Shown: positions 25,126 through 34,024, counted from the first letter of the stretch. The stretch is 43,067 nucleotides of DNA from an uncultured Candidatus Saccharibacteria bacterium (GCA_964609815.1 CAZSRV010000002.1:1-43067); one strand, 5' to 3'. A program made the numbers and translations. Notes: generated by a model from the letters alone, not told the origin.

Positions 25126-26655
25126 TTATTTAACTAATTTTAGACGATTTACCAACCAATCACGTGGCAAAATACTCAAAAACCAACCTGCTCGTGGACC
25201 AGCGGTCTGACCAATCAAAACCGTATAAAGTGTTACAAACATGTCTTTAGGGCCAAAATCATCGGTTTTAAACTGGTAGATTGCCTTATGAAACCACTCA
25301 CCGCCTGCGTCGCTTGGCGCATCACTAACTACGCCAGCCAGGTTACTCAAAAAAGTTTTTTGAATATCATTCAACTCACCAGGATTTACATCTTCTCGCA
25401 AAGAAAATCTGACTTTATCTGGTGCCCATTTTTGTAACCAATTATCAATATAATTTAGCTCTTTATAAATAGTTTCTTTCTGTTGGCCGGCGATTTCAGC
25501 ATGTTCGGTGCGTCCGATAATAGCAATTGTTTGGTCAAGATCTTTTAATGCCGATTGGTAACTAGCCACCAAGTGAGAAAACGGTACATTAGAAATTGTA
25601 TTTTCGGCCAAAGACGAACTACATAGATATATTAAAGCCTCGTCTTCGCCAGTTTTATCAGACTTGGCCAATAACTCAGCATATTCATCTATTAGACGAA
25701 CTACACCCTCTTCTTGATCAAAAAATAATTTCTTATTAGGGGGATATCTATAAATAAAATATCTAACAATTTCTGGCGGCAAAACACTAAGTAAATCGGA
25801 CACATTTACTGTATTGCCAGCGCTTTTACTCATTTTTTTAGTTTCGCCAGCCCGATTAATAAACTCATAAGGTATCGGATATGGCACAGAACCACCAAAT
25901 ATCCGAACCACCAATTCTTTGCCAGTATCATACGAGCCTCCTTTGGTGGCATGATCACGACCAAAAGGCTCAGCGTTTACTCCAGCCAACTGCCAACGCG
26001 CCGGCCAATCCAGTCGCCAATCTAGTTTTACCTGACCAGACTCGTAACTAATAGTCACCTCCTGACCATTTTTATCTAGATAAATTATCGTTTTAGCGCT
26101 AGTATCTATACTGACAAAATTACGTTTTTTTAGATAGCCATCTTCATTAACCTGGACCGGTGACCAATCAGCATTTAACTGACGACCCGAAGCTTCAGTA
26201 ATGCAGTTTTTGACCTCATCAATATTTATCAGAGCTTTTTCTATAGATTGCGTAAAATAGCCCGAACGATACTTTTCATGGCTCCGAATAACCTCCATAT
26301 CTATACCTAAGACATCTAGGTTAGATAAAAAGTCATTTAAAAAATAATCAGCATAGGACCCAGACCGTCCGTCAGGCGACGGAATATCACACAAAGATTG
26401 TCCCAAATATTTCTCAAATGATGGATCAATACCGACCGGAACTTTCCTAAACTGATCTAGGTCATCTACAAAATGCAGATGCCTCACCTGTCGCCCGCGC
26501 TTTTTTAGCTCGATATAAATCGCATCGGCGGTCAAAACCTCACGCAAAGTGCCAACATGATATTTGCCAGATGGTGACACACCGGAACTAACAACAATCT
26601 CACCACCAGGATGAGCTCGCTCTAGCTCATCGGCTATTTTTTCTGTCCAAAACAT
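25126..26655 (-). CDS. lysK: lysine--tRNA ligase, class I (archaeal type)
   Basis: GVSPSGKYHVGTLREV (HIGH-type motif), KKMSKSAGN (KMSKS), and a size of about 509 aa. Not the class II LysS architecture. Confidence 0.85.
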   Translation of the reverse strand: MFWTEKIADELERAHPGGEIVVSSGVSPSGKYHVGTLREVLTADAIYIELKKRGRQVRHLHFVDDLDQFRKVPVGIDPSFEKYLGQSLCDIPSPDGRSGSYADYFLNDFLSNLDVLGIDMEVIRSHEKYRSGYFTQSIEKALINIDEVKNCITEASGRQLNADWSPVQVNEDGYLKKRNFVSIDTSAKTIIYLDKNGQEVTISYESGQVKLDWRLDWPARWQLAGVNAEPFGRDHATKGGSYDTGKELVVRIFGGSVPYPIPYEFINRAGETKKMSKSAGNTVNVSDLLSVLPPEIVRYFIYRYPPNKKLFFDQEEGVVRLIDEYAELLAKSDKTGEDEALIYLCSSSLAENTISNVPFSHLVASYQSALKDLDQTIAIIGRTEHAEIAGQQKETIYKELNYIDNWLQKWAPDKVRFSLREDVNPGELNDIQKTFLSNLAGVVSDAPSDAGGEWFHKAIYQFKTDDFGPKDMFVTLYTVLIGQTAGPRAGWFLSILPRDWLVNRLKLVK

Positions 26656-26700
26656 ACTACTAGGATACCGTAATTTTTACTAAGTGACTATAATTTAGTC

Positions 26701-27162
26701 TTAGGAAATATCAACTATTTTGTAAGCGTTGGTCTCTGCCGGAGTAACGATTTCTACTTCGTCACCTTGTTTTTTACCCATCAGCGCCTGACCAATTGGT
26801 GATTCATCAGAAATTTTGCCATTTAGCGGATCAGCCTCAACTGTACCAACCACTGAGAATTCCTTAGTTTTACCATCAGAGTTTTCTAGCTTAACTGTAC
26901 TACCCAACTGAACCTTACTGTCACCTTTTGGTTTAGTAATCAGCTCTGCACTAGCCAAAATACCTTCAATCTCCATGATTCGGCTTTCGTTCTTTTCGTG
27001 CTCATCTTTGGCAGCATGATATTCAGCATTTTCGCTTAGATCACCTTGTTCGCGAGCCAACTTAATACTCTCGGCGATATCTGTGCGCTTAGCTATTAGG
27101 CTATCAAGTTCTGCTTTTAATTCATTTATTCCGTCTTGGGTTAATTTAAATTGCTTCTTCAT
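26701..27162 (-). CDS. greA: transcription elongation factor GreA
   Basis: REQGDLSENAEYHAAKDE motif and C-terminal SDESPIGQALMGKKQGDEV. Confidence 0.9.
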   Translation of the reverse strand: MKKQFKLTQDGINELKAELDSLIAKRTDIAESIKLAREQGDLSENAEYHAAKDEHEKNESRIMEIEGILASAELITKPKGDSKVQLGSTVKLENSDGKTKEFSVVGTVEADPLNGKISDESPIGQALMGKKQGDEVEIVTPAETNAYKIVDIS

Positions 27163-27242
27163 AATTTTCTCCTCTACTGATAAGTGGTTAGTTTGGTTTA
27201 TTTAACTAAATTTGGTGTTTCTGATATAAATTTCTTTGTTTT

Positions 27243-27440
27243 TTATTCGGTTATCTTCTCTGTTATATCGTTCGCTTGTCCGATTAGGACTATTTGATCA
27301 CTAATTTTGTTTATCGTTACTTTCCTGGTTACTTCCAAGGTACTGACATTACATGGTATTTTCCTTGGTCGTACATCTCGGTCATCATAGATTACACCAA
27401 TATCGTGCTTTTGAAAAGAATTAAATGAAATACTTAACAT
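27243..27440 (-). CDS. hypothetical 65-aa protein
   Basis: The ORF starts 9 nt after the CPBP stop, with agggtgg as a possible SD. No recognisable motif. Confidence 0.35.
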   Translation of the reverse strand: MLSISFNSFQKHDIGVIYDDRDVRPRKIPCNVSTLEVTRKVTINKISDQIVLIGQANDITEKITE

Positions 27441-27449
27441 ACCACCCTA

Positions 27450-28313
27450 TTATACCCCATTTATTTTTATTACAAAGAGGGCCAAGAAAGCTAGTGAGTT
27501 CTTCATAAAATGAACTATCATGCCGGCCCATAAAGAGCCTGTTTTTTCTCGCAAATAAACTAAGAATAATGACAATATAAAAGTATCTATAGCTGCCATA
27601 TAAAGCGGAGGTGCACCACTACCTATTTGTAAGTGCAAAACCGCGAATATTAAACTAACTACCACGGCCGCTAGTTTAATATTCATTTTTTTGAGCAAAC
27701 CAGTATACAAAAATCCCCTAAACAATATTTCTTCGGCAATCGGCGGTAAAATCGCCAGACTCAAAAACACCAGTAGCAACTGACCAGAGCCATTGGCGCC
27801 ATCAAAACCAATCTGTTGTCTTTGCTCGGTGTCCACCTGTCCTGTGCCGCTAATGATCGCTGTTACAGCCATCAAAAAAAGAAAATAAACAAAGAATACA
27901 CCCAGCGCCCTAGCAACATCGCTAGCCCTTATTTTACGCTTCAGGCCAATACTGCCTAATGATAAACCTCGGTTTTTCAAAAATCTATAAACTATCAGAA
28001 TCGTTATAGTTTCTATAATCAAAAATAGGCTAAACTGCAATTCAATTGATGGTTTAGCCAAAACTTGATTGACATCACCGGACGTCAATTGTACCCAAGT
28101 GCCAATCAAAGCATAACCAATGATTTGTGACACTATATAACTAAAAACTGTGACCAAAATAGCTGCCAGTGGGCCATAACCAACTCTATGCAGTGGCCTA
28201 GGACGCTTTTGTATATTCTTTAACAAATCATTATTGACTACCGGCGAGCGCCCAAGCTCATGAGAATCAGTAGTTTCAGTAGTACTTTTTTGCTCTAAGT
28301 TATTCTTGGTCAC
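27450..28313 (-). CDS. CPBP family intramembrane glutamic endopeptidase (CAAX protease-like)
   Basis: EEILFRGFLY, FAVLH and HFMKN motifs in a polytopic membrane protein. Confidence 0.8.
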   Translation of the reverse strand: MTKNNLEQKSTTETTDSHELGRSPVVNNDLLKNIQKRPRPLHRVGYGPLAAILVTVFSYIVSQIIGYALIGTWVQLTSGDVNQVLAKPSIELQFSLFLIIETITILIVYRFLKNRGLSLGSIGLKRKIRASDVARALGVFFVYFLFLMAVTAIISGTGQVDTEQRQQIGFDGANGSGQLLLVFLSLAILPPIAEEILFRGFLYTGLLKKMNIKLAAVVVSLIFAVLHLQIGSGAPPLYMAAIDTFILSLFLVYLREKTGSLWAGMIVHFMKNSLAFLALFVIKINGV

Positions 28314-29437
28314 TTTATAAACCGGTTATAATCCACAAAAGTTATTAGCACAAACAATAACATTAGCGCCAAAAAACCAGTCATATGGATTAATTCCTCT
28401 TTTTTCTTGCTAAGTGGACGTTTTAGAGTCAACCTAGATACCAAGGTCACGAATAACCGGCCACCATCTAGCGCTGGAATTGGCAAGATGTTCATAATTG
28501 CCAAAGTTAGCGATATGATAGCAATCACCATCAGCATAAAATTAAACCCTATTTTGCTAACTTCGTTCAAGATATATGCTATGCCAACCGGGCCACTAAC
28601 TTGCTCTTTGGCTGTAGCCGTATCACCAACCAGCAAACTGCCTAGTGCTTTACCAATGCCTTTCAGAGTGAGCTCAGTAAACTGACCTGTCAGCCCTACA
28701 GCTACAATCGGCGCTGACCAAGTAGACCGCCGAACCTCCCGGCCTTCAGCACCCGATTCCGATGCGATGCCTAGATAGCCCCGACCATTATTCTCAGCAT
28801 TTAGCTGCACTTGATAATTAACCAGCTGATTGTCGCGATTAACTACAATCGGCACTTCTTTACCAGCGTTAGCTTTGGTTAATTCGCCAACGGTATTAAC
28901 GTTTTTGATATCAGCGCCGGCAATCTGCACTAGCTGATCACCAGCCTGCAAACCAGCTTTTTGAGCTGGCGTGTCATCACCAACACTTGCTACCCTAACT
29001 ACGTCAGGATTCTTAACCTCACTAATTAGCTTAGTGTCAGACGGCACTGTAAACTGGTTATCTACCAGCTTTGGCAGACCAATCCAAGCTAGCACCATGA
29101 ACAAAAATATCGCTGTAACCAAGTTCATAAAGACACCAGCTACCATTATTTTAACTTTGGCTCTTAGGCGCGCGGCACCAAAACTACCTGGCGTATCATC
29201 GCTGTCGCTCTCGCCCTTTAGCCGCACAAAACCACCTAGCGGAATTAGGTTAATCGTAAACAAAAACTTAGATTTTTTGGTCTTGATCTGTTTGCCCCAA
29301 ATCTTTGGTGGAAAGCCAATACCGAACTCTTCTACATCTACACCATTACGCCTAGCAGCCATAAAATGTCCCCACTCATGCACTACCACTAGGCCAATAA
29401 AAAACAAAATCCCCAAAATCAGATAAAAAATACTCAT
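28310..29437 (-). CDS. rseP: RIP (site-2) zinc metalloprotease RseP
   Basis: HEWGHF (HExxH) in TM1, a PDZ domain (PAQKAGLQAGDQLVQI), and NILPIPALDGG. Confidence 0.85.
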   Translation of the reverse strand: MSIFYLILGILFFIGLVVVHEWGHFMAARRNGVDVEEFGIGFPPKIWGKQIKTKKSKFLFTINLIPLGGFVRLKGESDSDDTPGSFGAARLRAKVKIMVAGVFMNLVTAIFLFMVLAWIGLPKLVDNQFTVPSDTKLISEVKNPDVVRVASVGDDTPAQKAGLQAGDQLVQIAGADIKNVNTVGELTKANAGKEVPIVVNRDNQLVNYQVQLNAENNGRGYLGIASESGAEGREVRRSTWSAPIVAVGLTGQFTELTLKGIGKALGSLLVGDTATAKEQVSGPVGIAYILNEVSKIGFNFMLMVIAIISLTLAIMNILPIPALDGGRLFVTLVSRLTLKRPLSKKKEELIHMTGFLALMLLFVLITFVDYNRFIK

Positions 29438-29502
29438 CCATATAAGTATACAACCAAAAGCCTGGACAAACTAAGAAATTTTACAGAAATTCTTATTATT
29501 CT

Positions 29503-30252
29503 TTAAGCTTCAGGCTGAGGTTGATCTATGCCAAGTGATTTTAATATAACTGAAGAGCCAGATTTATTAAGCCCTTTTTGGATTGCATCAACGCCCAAAA
29601 GCACTTTGACATCACTATAGGGAGAATATATATGTTTGGCTAATAACACTCCACAACCTGGAGCTTCTTTGACAAAATGTTGTTGCACTGTAACAGCATT
29701 CGTCCCTCCTATTGGTTTACCAAACAACCGAGAATCCGTAGCTACTTCAATCTTGCCAGACCTTTGACTACTTTGGTTAGATATAACATACCGCAAAGGC
29801 ATAGAATCTTCGGCTTCGGCATCGCCAAACAACGCTAGTCTACCTACGTTATGATGTTCTGTTGGTTCGTGCTGCGCAGCAGGATTAAACCGCGGTACAT
29901 CCAGCGGACCAAAGTACTTCGAGGTATCTCGCCTGACCATAACCACAACTGGCTCGCCAACTTTATCTTTGGTAAAAAGCCTAGAGTATCTATTAACATC
30001 AGACTTCATCGCATCACGCTCACCCGGCGCAGACAACGGTCCCGCCATAAAAAAATTAAAAGTCTTCCGGTCTACAGAATATTGTTTGCCTGGTTCAAAT
30101 ACATTAGTGAAATCATTAAACAGTTCAATCTTTCGAGCAATTAACTTACCAATAGAATCTGACACAACATCAATAGACCTGATGTAAGCCTCCGTATTTG
30201 GTGGTTGCATCAAACTAACAACCTCGGGCGTTGACTCTGTCATTCTACTCAT
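29503..30252 (-). CDS. hypothetical soluble protein (about 249 aa), no recognisable family
   Basis: Long ORF. The ATG at 30252 is preceded by cggagagg (SD), while the track start at 30273 is GTG. No TM helix or signal peptide, and no motif I recognise. Confidence 0.55.
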   Translation of the reverse strand: MSRMTESTPEVVSLMQPPNTEAYIRSIDVVSDSIGKLIARKIELFNDFTNVFEPGKQYSVDRKTFNFFMAGPLSAPGERDAMKSDVNRYSRLFTKDKVGEPVVVMVRRDTSKYFGPLDVPRFNPAAQHEPTEHHNVGRLALFGDAEAEDSMPLRYVISNQSSQRSGKIEVATDSRLFGKPIGGTNAVTVQQHFVKEAPGCGVLLAKHIYSPYSDVKVLLGVDAIQKGLNKSGSSVILKSLGIDQPQPEA

Positions 30253-30305
30253 AAAACCTCTCCGTTCGCCCACACCAATTATTACTTACAGTAAACATTA
30301 TACAA

Positions 30306-30869
30306 CTATATAGTCATAATTTCAGTGGTTTTGGCCTTGGCTAGGTCATCGGTCTTGGTTTTGTACTCGGTCATTAGGTCATCTACTTGCTTGGACAAAC
30401 GTTTGTGGTCATCTTCGCTAATATCTTTATCTTTTTTGGCATCGTCTAGATCGGTCATTACGTCTCGCCTAATACCCCTCTGAGCTATCAAGCAATCTTC
30501 AGTCTTTTCGCCAAGTTGCTTGACAATCATCTGGCGTCTTTCTTCTGTCAGGGCCGGGATCGGCACTCGGACCACTCGGCCATCATCGCTCGGGTTCAGG
30601 CCCAAAGTCTGGTTATCACGAATAGCACTAGCTATAGCCTGCAAATTACTGGGGTCAAATGGTGTAATCTGAATCAGTTGTGGCTCTGGAGCACTAATTG
30701 TCGCCAACTGGTTAAGCGGCATCGGCGAGCCATAAGCCTCGGCCATCACACCATCCAACATACTGGGGTGCGCTCGGCCAGTTCGTAGCTTTTTTAGCTC
30801 AGTCTCAAAGTGCTCCAAGGCACCATTTAGTTTAGTCTTGGTTTGATTAACTAATTCTTGTGGATTCAT
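30306..30869 (-). CDS. frr: ribosome recycling factor
   Basis: 187 aa: LRTGRAHPSMLD, ISAPEPQLIQITPFD, IPALTEERR. Confidence 0.95.
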   Translation of the reverse strand: MNPQELVNQTKTKLNGALEHFETELKKLRTGRAHPSMLDGVMAEAYGSPMPLNQLATISAPEPQLIQITPFDPSNLQAIASAIRDNQTLGLNPSDDGRVVRVPIPALTEERRQMIVKQLGEKTEDCLIAQRGIRRDVMTDLDDAKKDKDISEDDHKRLSKQVDDLMTEYKTKTDDLAKAKTTEIMTI

Positions 30870-30873
30870 ATAC

Positions 30874-31467
30874 CTATTCTACCACTTCGCCGACAGCAAT
30901 ACGGCTAAAACGGCGAACAACTATATTCTCACCAAGTTTGGCGATGCCTTCTTTTACAAAGTCAGCTACGGTCTGATCAGGGTTTTTGACAAAAGGCTGG
31001 TCCAGTAGGCACTGCTCAGCAAAATATTTCTTGACCATACCATCTGTGATTTGCTCTATCATATTGTCTGGCTTGCCGTCAGCTTTGGCCTTGTCGGCGA
31101 ACTCTTTGGCCTTGGCTTCGCGAACATCAGCTGGGATGTCATCAGAACTAACATACAAGGGAGCAGTCGCAGCTACATGCATAGCGATATCACGAGCTAG
31201 CTCAGTAAACTCATCAGTCCTAGCTACAAAGTCAGTCTCACAGTTTAGCTCTACAACCACACCAATCCGGCTATCGTGATTGTAGGTACTGACTATGCCA
31301 GAACGAGCTTCGCGCTCACCACGCTTTTCGGCCTTGGTTAGACCTTTTTTGCGCATAGCTTCCAGTGCTTTGTCAAAATCGCCGTCAGCTTCTACTAGCG
31401 CATTTTTAGCATCTGTTATACCCACACCTGTTAAGCTACGAAGTCGCTTAATTTGTTCTATATCCAT
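30874..31467 (-). CDS. tsf: elongation factor Ts (short form)
   Basis: IKRLRSLTGVGITDAKNALVEADGDFDKALEAMRKKG (UBA-like N-terminus) and VVELNCETDFVART. Confidence 0.9.
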   Translation of the reverse strand: MDIEQIKRLRSLTGVGITDAKNALVEADGDFDKALEAMRKKGLTKAEKRGEREARSGIVSTYNHDSRIGVVVELNCETDFVARTDEFTELARDIAMHVAATAPLYVSSDDIPADVREAKAKEFADKAKADGKPDNMIEQITDGMVKKYFAEQCLLDQPFVKNPDQTVADFVKEGIAKLGENIVVRRFSRIAVGEVVE

Positions 31468-32195
31468 TATTTTTCTCCCTCCCCTTCTTTGTCGGATTTT
31501 TTAACTTTAGCTTGCCCAGCCTGGACAGCTGCTACTACATAATCAGTTATTAGTTGGACGGCTTTGATCGCATCGTCATTAGCCGGCACAGGGTAATCAA
31601 CCAATGTTGGGTCGCAGTTAGTATCGGCAATAGCTACTACTGGGATGCCTAGTTTACGAGCCTCACGAATAGCGTTTATATCTTCGTTAATATCTGTCAC
31701 GAACAACGCACCAACTTTTTGGTGCATTTCTTTGATACCACCATACATAATGTTCATAGCATCAATCTCTTCTTGGAAGCGTTGCACTTCTAGCTTGCTA
31801 TACTTGTTCTCTAATGCCCCAGAAGCCATCTGAGTTTCTAGGTCCTTTAGGTGCTTGATCCTACCACTAATAGTAGTCACATTGGTTAGCATTCCGCCAA
31901 CCCAACGTTCGGACACATATGGCATATTAACACTTTCAGCCGCCAAACGAACAACATCTTTACTCTGTCTTTTGGTGCCAACAAATAAAATTTGCTTGCC
32001 TGCACTAGCTGTTTTTTCTATAAAGTTCAGCGCCTCATCCAAACTACTAACAGTTTGCGTTAGGTCAATCACATGGATCCCGCTTCTTTTGCTATGAATA
32101 TACTGAGCCATTTTGGGGTGCCAACGGCTAGTTTTGTGACCAAAGTGCGCGCCGGCCTCTAGTAATTTTTTAATATCTACATCTACTGATGCCAT
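31467..32195 (-). CDS. rpsB: 30S ribosomal protein S2
   Basis: LLEAGAHFGHKTSRWHPKM, FVGTKRQ, GGMLTN. Confidence 0.95.
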   Translation of the reverse strand: MASVDVDIKKLLEAGAHFGHKTSRWHPKMAQYIHSKRSGIHVIDLTQTVSSLDEALNFIEKTASAGKQILFVGTKRQSKDVVRLAAESVNMPYVSERWVGGMLTNVTTISGRIKHLKDLETQMASGALENKYSKLEVQRFQEEIDAMNIMYGGIKEMHQKVGALFVTDINEDINAIREARKLGIPVVAIADTNCDPTLVDYPVPANDDAIKAVQLITDYVVAAVQAGQAKVKKSDKEGEGEK

Positions 32196-32386
32196 TATTT
32201 TCTCCTTAGTTCTTCGTAGCCAACACCGATCAGTCAGCCCTTAGAGGCGGGCCAAAAGCGGAGGAAAAAATCTGCCTACTGCTCAATTAATAGTGCTCTA
32301 ATAATAACAGATTGAGTACATATTTACAAGCACTATCCATTAGAGTTACCAAGTAGTATAATTTATTTAATAATCCAGATGGAGGT

Positions 32387-32752
32387 ATGATGGAATTATT
32401 TTTGGCAAAAACTTATGAACTAAACAATGGTCAGTGTTATGTAGACGGCGTATTACAGTCCAGCACTGATGCTTGCTCATTTCCGGCCAAGATCCTGGCC
32501 GGGATTATCGGACTAATTGTATTTATTTTGATTATAAATATCGTTTTTCTAATTTTCTGGGTGATCGCCTTGGTACATGCTGTCAAAAATACTGACATCA
32601 AAGACCGCAACATCTGGCTGATCGGTCTAATAGCTAGCTTCTTTGTGGGGCTAGCCTGGATTGCTGCTATCGTCTACTACTTTGCCGTGATGAGACCCTA
32701 CAAAAAGGGTGGAGTAAGCGAAGTACAGCCGCCCAGCCAGCCAACTGTCTAA
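32387..32752 (+). CDS. small membrane protein with a PLDc_N-like domain
   Basis: IFWVIALVHAVKNTDIKDRNIWLIGLIASFF...IVYYFAVMRP matches the PLD-nuclease N-terminal (PLDc_N) pattern. GGAGG at 32381-32385 suggests the second ATG (32390) is the start. Confidence 0.5.
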   Translation: MMELFLAKTYELNNGQCYVDGVLQSSTDACSFPAKILAGIIGLIVFILIINIVFLIFWVIALVHAVKNTDIKDRNIWLIGLIASFFVGLAWIAAIVYYFAVMRPYKKGGVSEVQPPSQPTV

Positions 32753-32802
32753 ATATTTGCAGTTTGGCTACTTTTATAGTAATATAGGATAAGTTAAACC
32801 AA

Positions 32803-32856
32803 CCTGGAGTTAACGCCTGCTAGGAGCCCTCGGCTCGCCCTAGCTAACCGTCCAGG
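32803..32856 (+). promoter_or_regulatory. GC-rich nested hairpin upstream of rpmE (candidate L31 leader)
   Basis: cctgga (32803-08)/tccagg (32851-56), gctagg (32819-24)/cctagc (32839-44), and agcc (32825-28)/ggct (32832-35). GC-rich within an AT-rich spacer. Confidence 0.35.
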
Positions 32857-32883
32857 AGGATAAAGAGCTATAAGGATATATAA

Positions 32884-33210
32884 ATGAAGAAAGATATTCA
32901 CTCGGCAGACTACCGCCCAGTAGTGTTCCAAGACCTAAGCAATGGCCAGACATTTCTGACCAAATCTACTGCTAAAACAACCGAAACTATCAAACTAGAT
33001 GGCAAAGAATACCCGGTGGTCAAGGTGCATATCTCTAGTGCGTCTCACCCGTTCTTTACCGGTCAAGAGAAGCTACTAGACATTGAAGGTCGCGTAGACA
33101 AGTTCAAAGCCCGTGCCGAAGCTGCCAAAAAAGCTCGCGAGGCCAAAGCTTCTGCTGGCAAAAAGGCCGAGAAGGCTCGAAAAGAGCAAGCCCAAAAACT
33201 CGGCCGTTAA
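32884..33210 (+). CDS. rpmE: 50S ribosomal protein L31, type B (no zinc-binding cysteines) with a Lys/Ala-rich C-terminal extension
   Basis: [17 protein letters not shown]...HPFFTG, with no CxxC pairs. The tail is [31 protein letters not shown]. Confidence 0.9.
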   Translation: MKKDIHSADYRPVVFQDLSNGQTFLTKSTAKTTETIKLDGKEYPVVKVHISSASHPFFTGQEKLLDIEGRVDKFKARAEAAKKAREAKASAGKKAEKARKEQAQKLGR

Positions 33211-33230
33211 TATAAACTTACGATAATCAA

Positions 33231-33258
33231 AAAGACCAGCCTGCGAGCGCTGGTCTTT
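33231..33258. terminator. bidirectional intrinsic terminator between convergent rpmE and the 114-aa gene
   Basis: aaagaccagc / gctggtcttt is a 10-bp stem with an 8-nt loop. A-run upstream and T-run downstream. Confidence 0.7.
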
Positions 33259-33275
33259 TTATAGTAACTTTAGTC

Positions 33276-33620
33276 TTAGTAACTATTATTCAAGATATCT
33301 TGACCTTCGTCATAACGACTACCTGCTTTTTCAGCTTCTTCATTAGCTTTTTGGAGGTTATCCCTGCTTGCATCCATAGCTTTCCCGGCAGTCCTAAGAC
33401 GCTCATTGTCATAGCTAGCCACACTACCATCATAAGGTGTACCAAATCGGCTTTGATCTTCAAGTGTAGCTACTGTGCCTAGACGTGAAATCAACTCCTT
33501 GGCTTTAGCTTGCTTCACTATACTCTCTTCTCGATAAGGATTCTCCGCATTAGCCATCATGTGGGCTTTTTCGGCATCCTGAATGTAAGTTTCTTCGCCT
33601 TGTCTTATTTGTTCGCTCAT
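33276..33620 (-). CDS. hypothetical acidic hydrophilic 114-aa protein
   Basis: ORF bracketed by its own consensus promoter and terminator. SD agga 9 nt upstream. No recognisable motif. Confidence 0.55.
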   Translation of the reverse strand: MSEQIRQGEETYIQDAEKAHMMANAENPYREESIVKQAKAKELISRLGTVATLEDQSRFGTPYDGSVASYDNERLRTAGKAMDASRDNLQKANEEAEKAGSRYDEGQDILNNSY

Positions 33621-33682
33621 TTTGTTTTTCCTTTTTTGTTATTTTTATTTATTTTATATTTTTGTTTTATGCCGTTGTTACT

Positions 33683-33711
33683 ATATTAGCAAATTTTACC
33701 CATTTTGTCAA
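33683..33711 (-). promoter_or_regulatory. consensus sigma70 promoter for the 114-aa gene
   Basis: On the minus strand: TTGACA (33711-33706), 17 nt, then TGcTAATAT (-10 at 33688-33683). Confidence 0.6.
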
Positions 33712-33746
33712 GCTTTTTCACGACTTTCTATTCACCCCATCCCTGT

Positions 33747-33799
33747 TGCAAAAGCAGAGTTTTTCACTATTTTGCAGTGATATGTTTATATGCTAATAT
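33747..33799 (+). promoter_or_regulatory. toxin-antitoxin promoter/operator region
   Basis: Inverted repeat tgcaaaa (33747-53) / ttttgca (33770-76), plus tcact...agtga. Extended -10 TGcTAATAT (33791-33799) ends 6 nt before ATG 33806, with no SD. Confidence 0.45.
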
Positions 33800-33805
33800 G
33801 TATAT

Positions 33806-34024
33806 ATGCGTACTACACTAAATATCAATGACAAGTTATATAAATCACTCAAAGTTCATGCGGCTAGCAATGGTGTGACTATCTCTTCCCTACTGGAAGA
33901 AGCTATAAAGAACCAAATCTTAGAAGACCTTGAAGACCTAGAGATAGTTAAAAAGCGCCAAAACGAGCCCACCATGAACTATAATGACTTCGTAAAAGAG
34001 CTAAAAGCCGATGGCCTCTTATAG
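33806..34024 (+). CDS. type II antitoxin, ribbon-helix-helix (CopG/RelB-like)
   Basis: MRTTLNINDKLYKSLKVHAASNGVTISSLLEEAI is a typical RHH N-terminus. Acidic C-terminal half. Overlaps the toxin gene by 14 nt. Confidence 0.75.
   Translation: MRTTLNINDKLYKSLKVHAASNGVTISSLLEEAIKNQILEDLEDLEIVKKRQNEPTMNYNDFVKELKADGLL

Noticed and set aside
28971-29426. 151-aa plus-strand ORF (and 28407-28685) antisense to rseP
   Set aside because: It lies completely inside rseP, which has clear HExxH/PDZ motifs. The translation is low-complexity Ser/Thr/Leu/Pro-rich, which is typical of shadow ORFs.
32196-32300. Possible structured rpsB (S2) leader upstream of ATG 32195
   Set aside because: I could find only short, weak helices (gccc/gggc) and an imperfect anti-SD (ttcctcc). 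That is not enough to call without comparative data.
33621-33700. Very AT/T-rich tract (runs of T) that might be a replication unwinding element or repeat
   Set aside because: It is the divergent promoter/5' UTR region between the 114-aa gene and the TA pair. It contains no repeated 13-mers or DnaA boxes.
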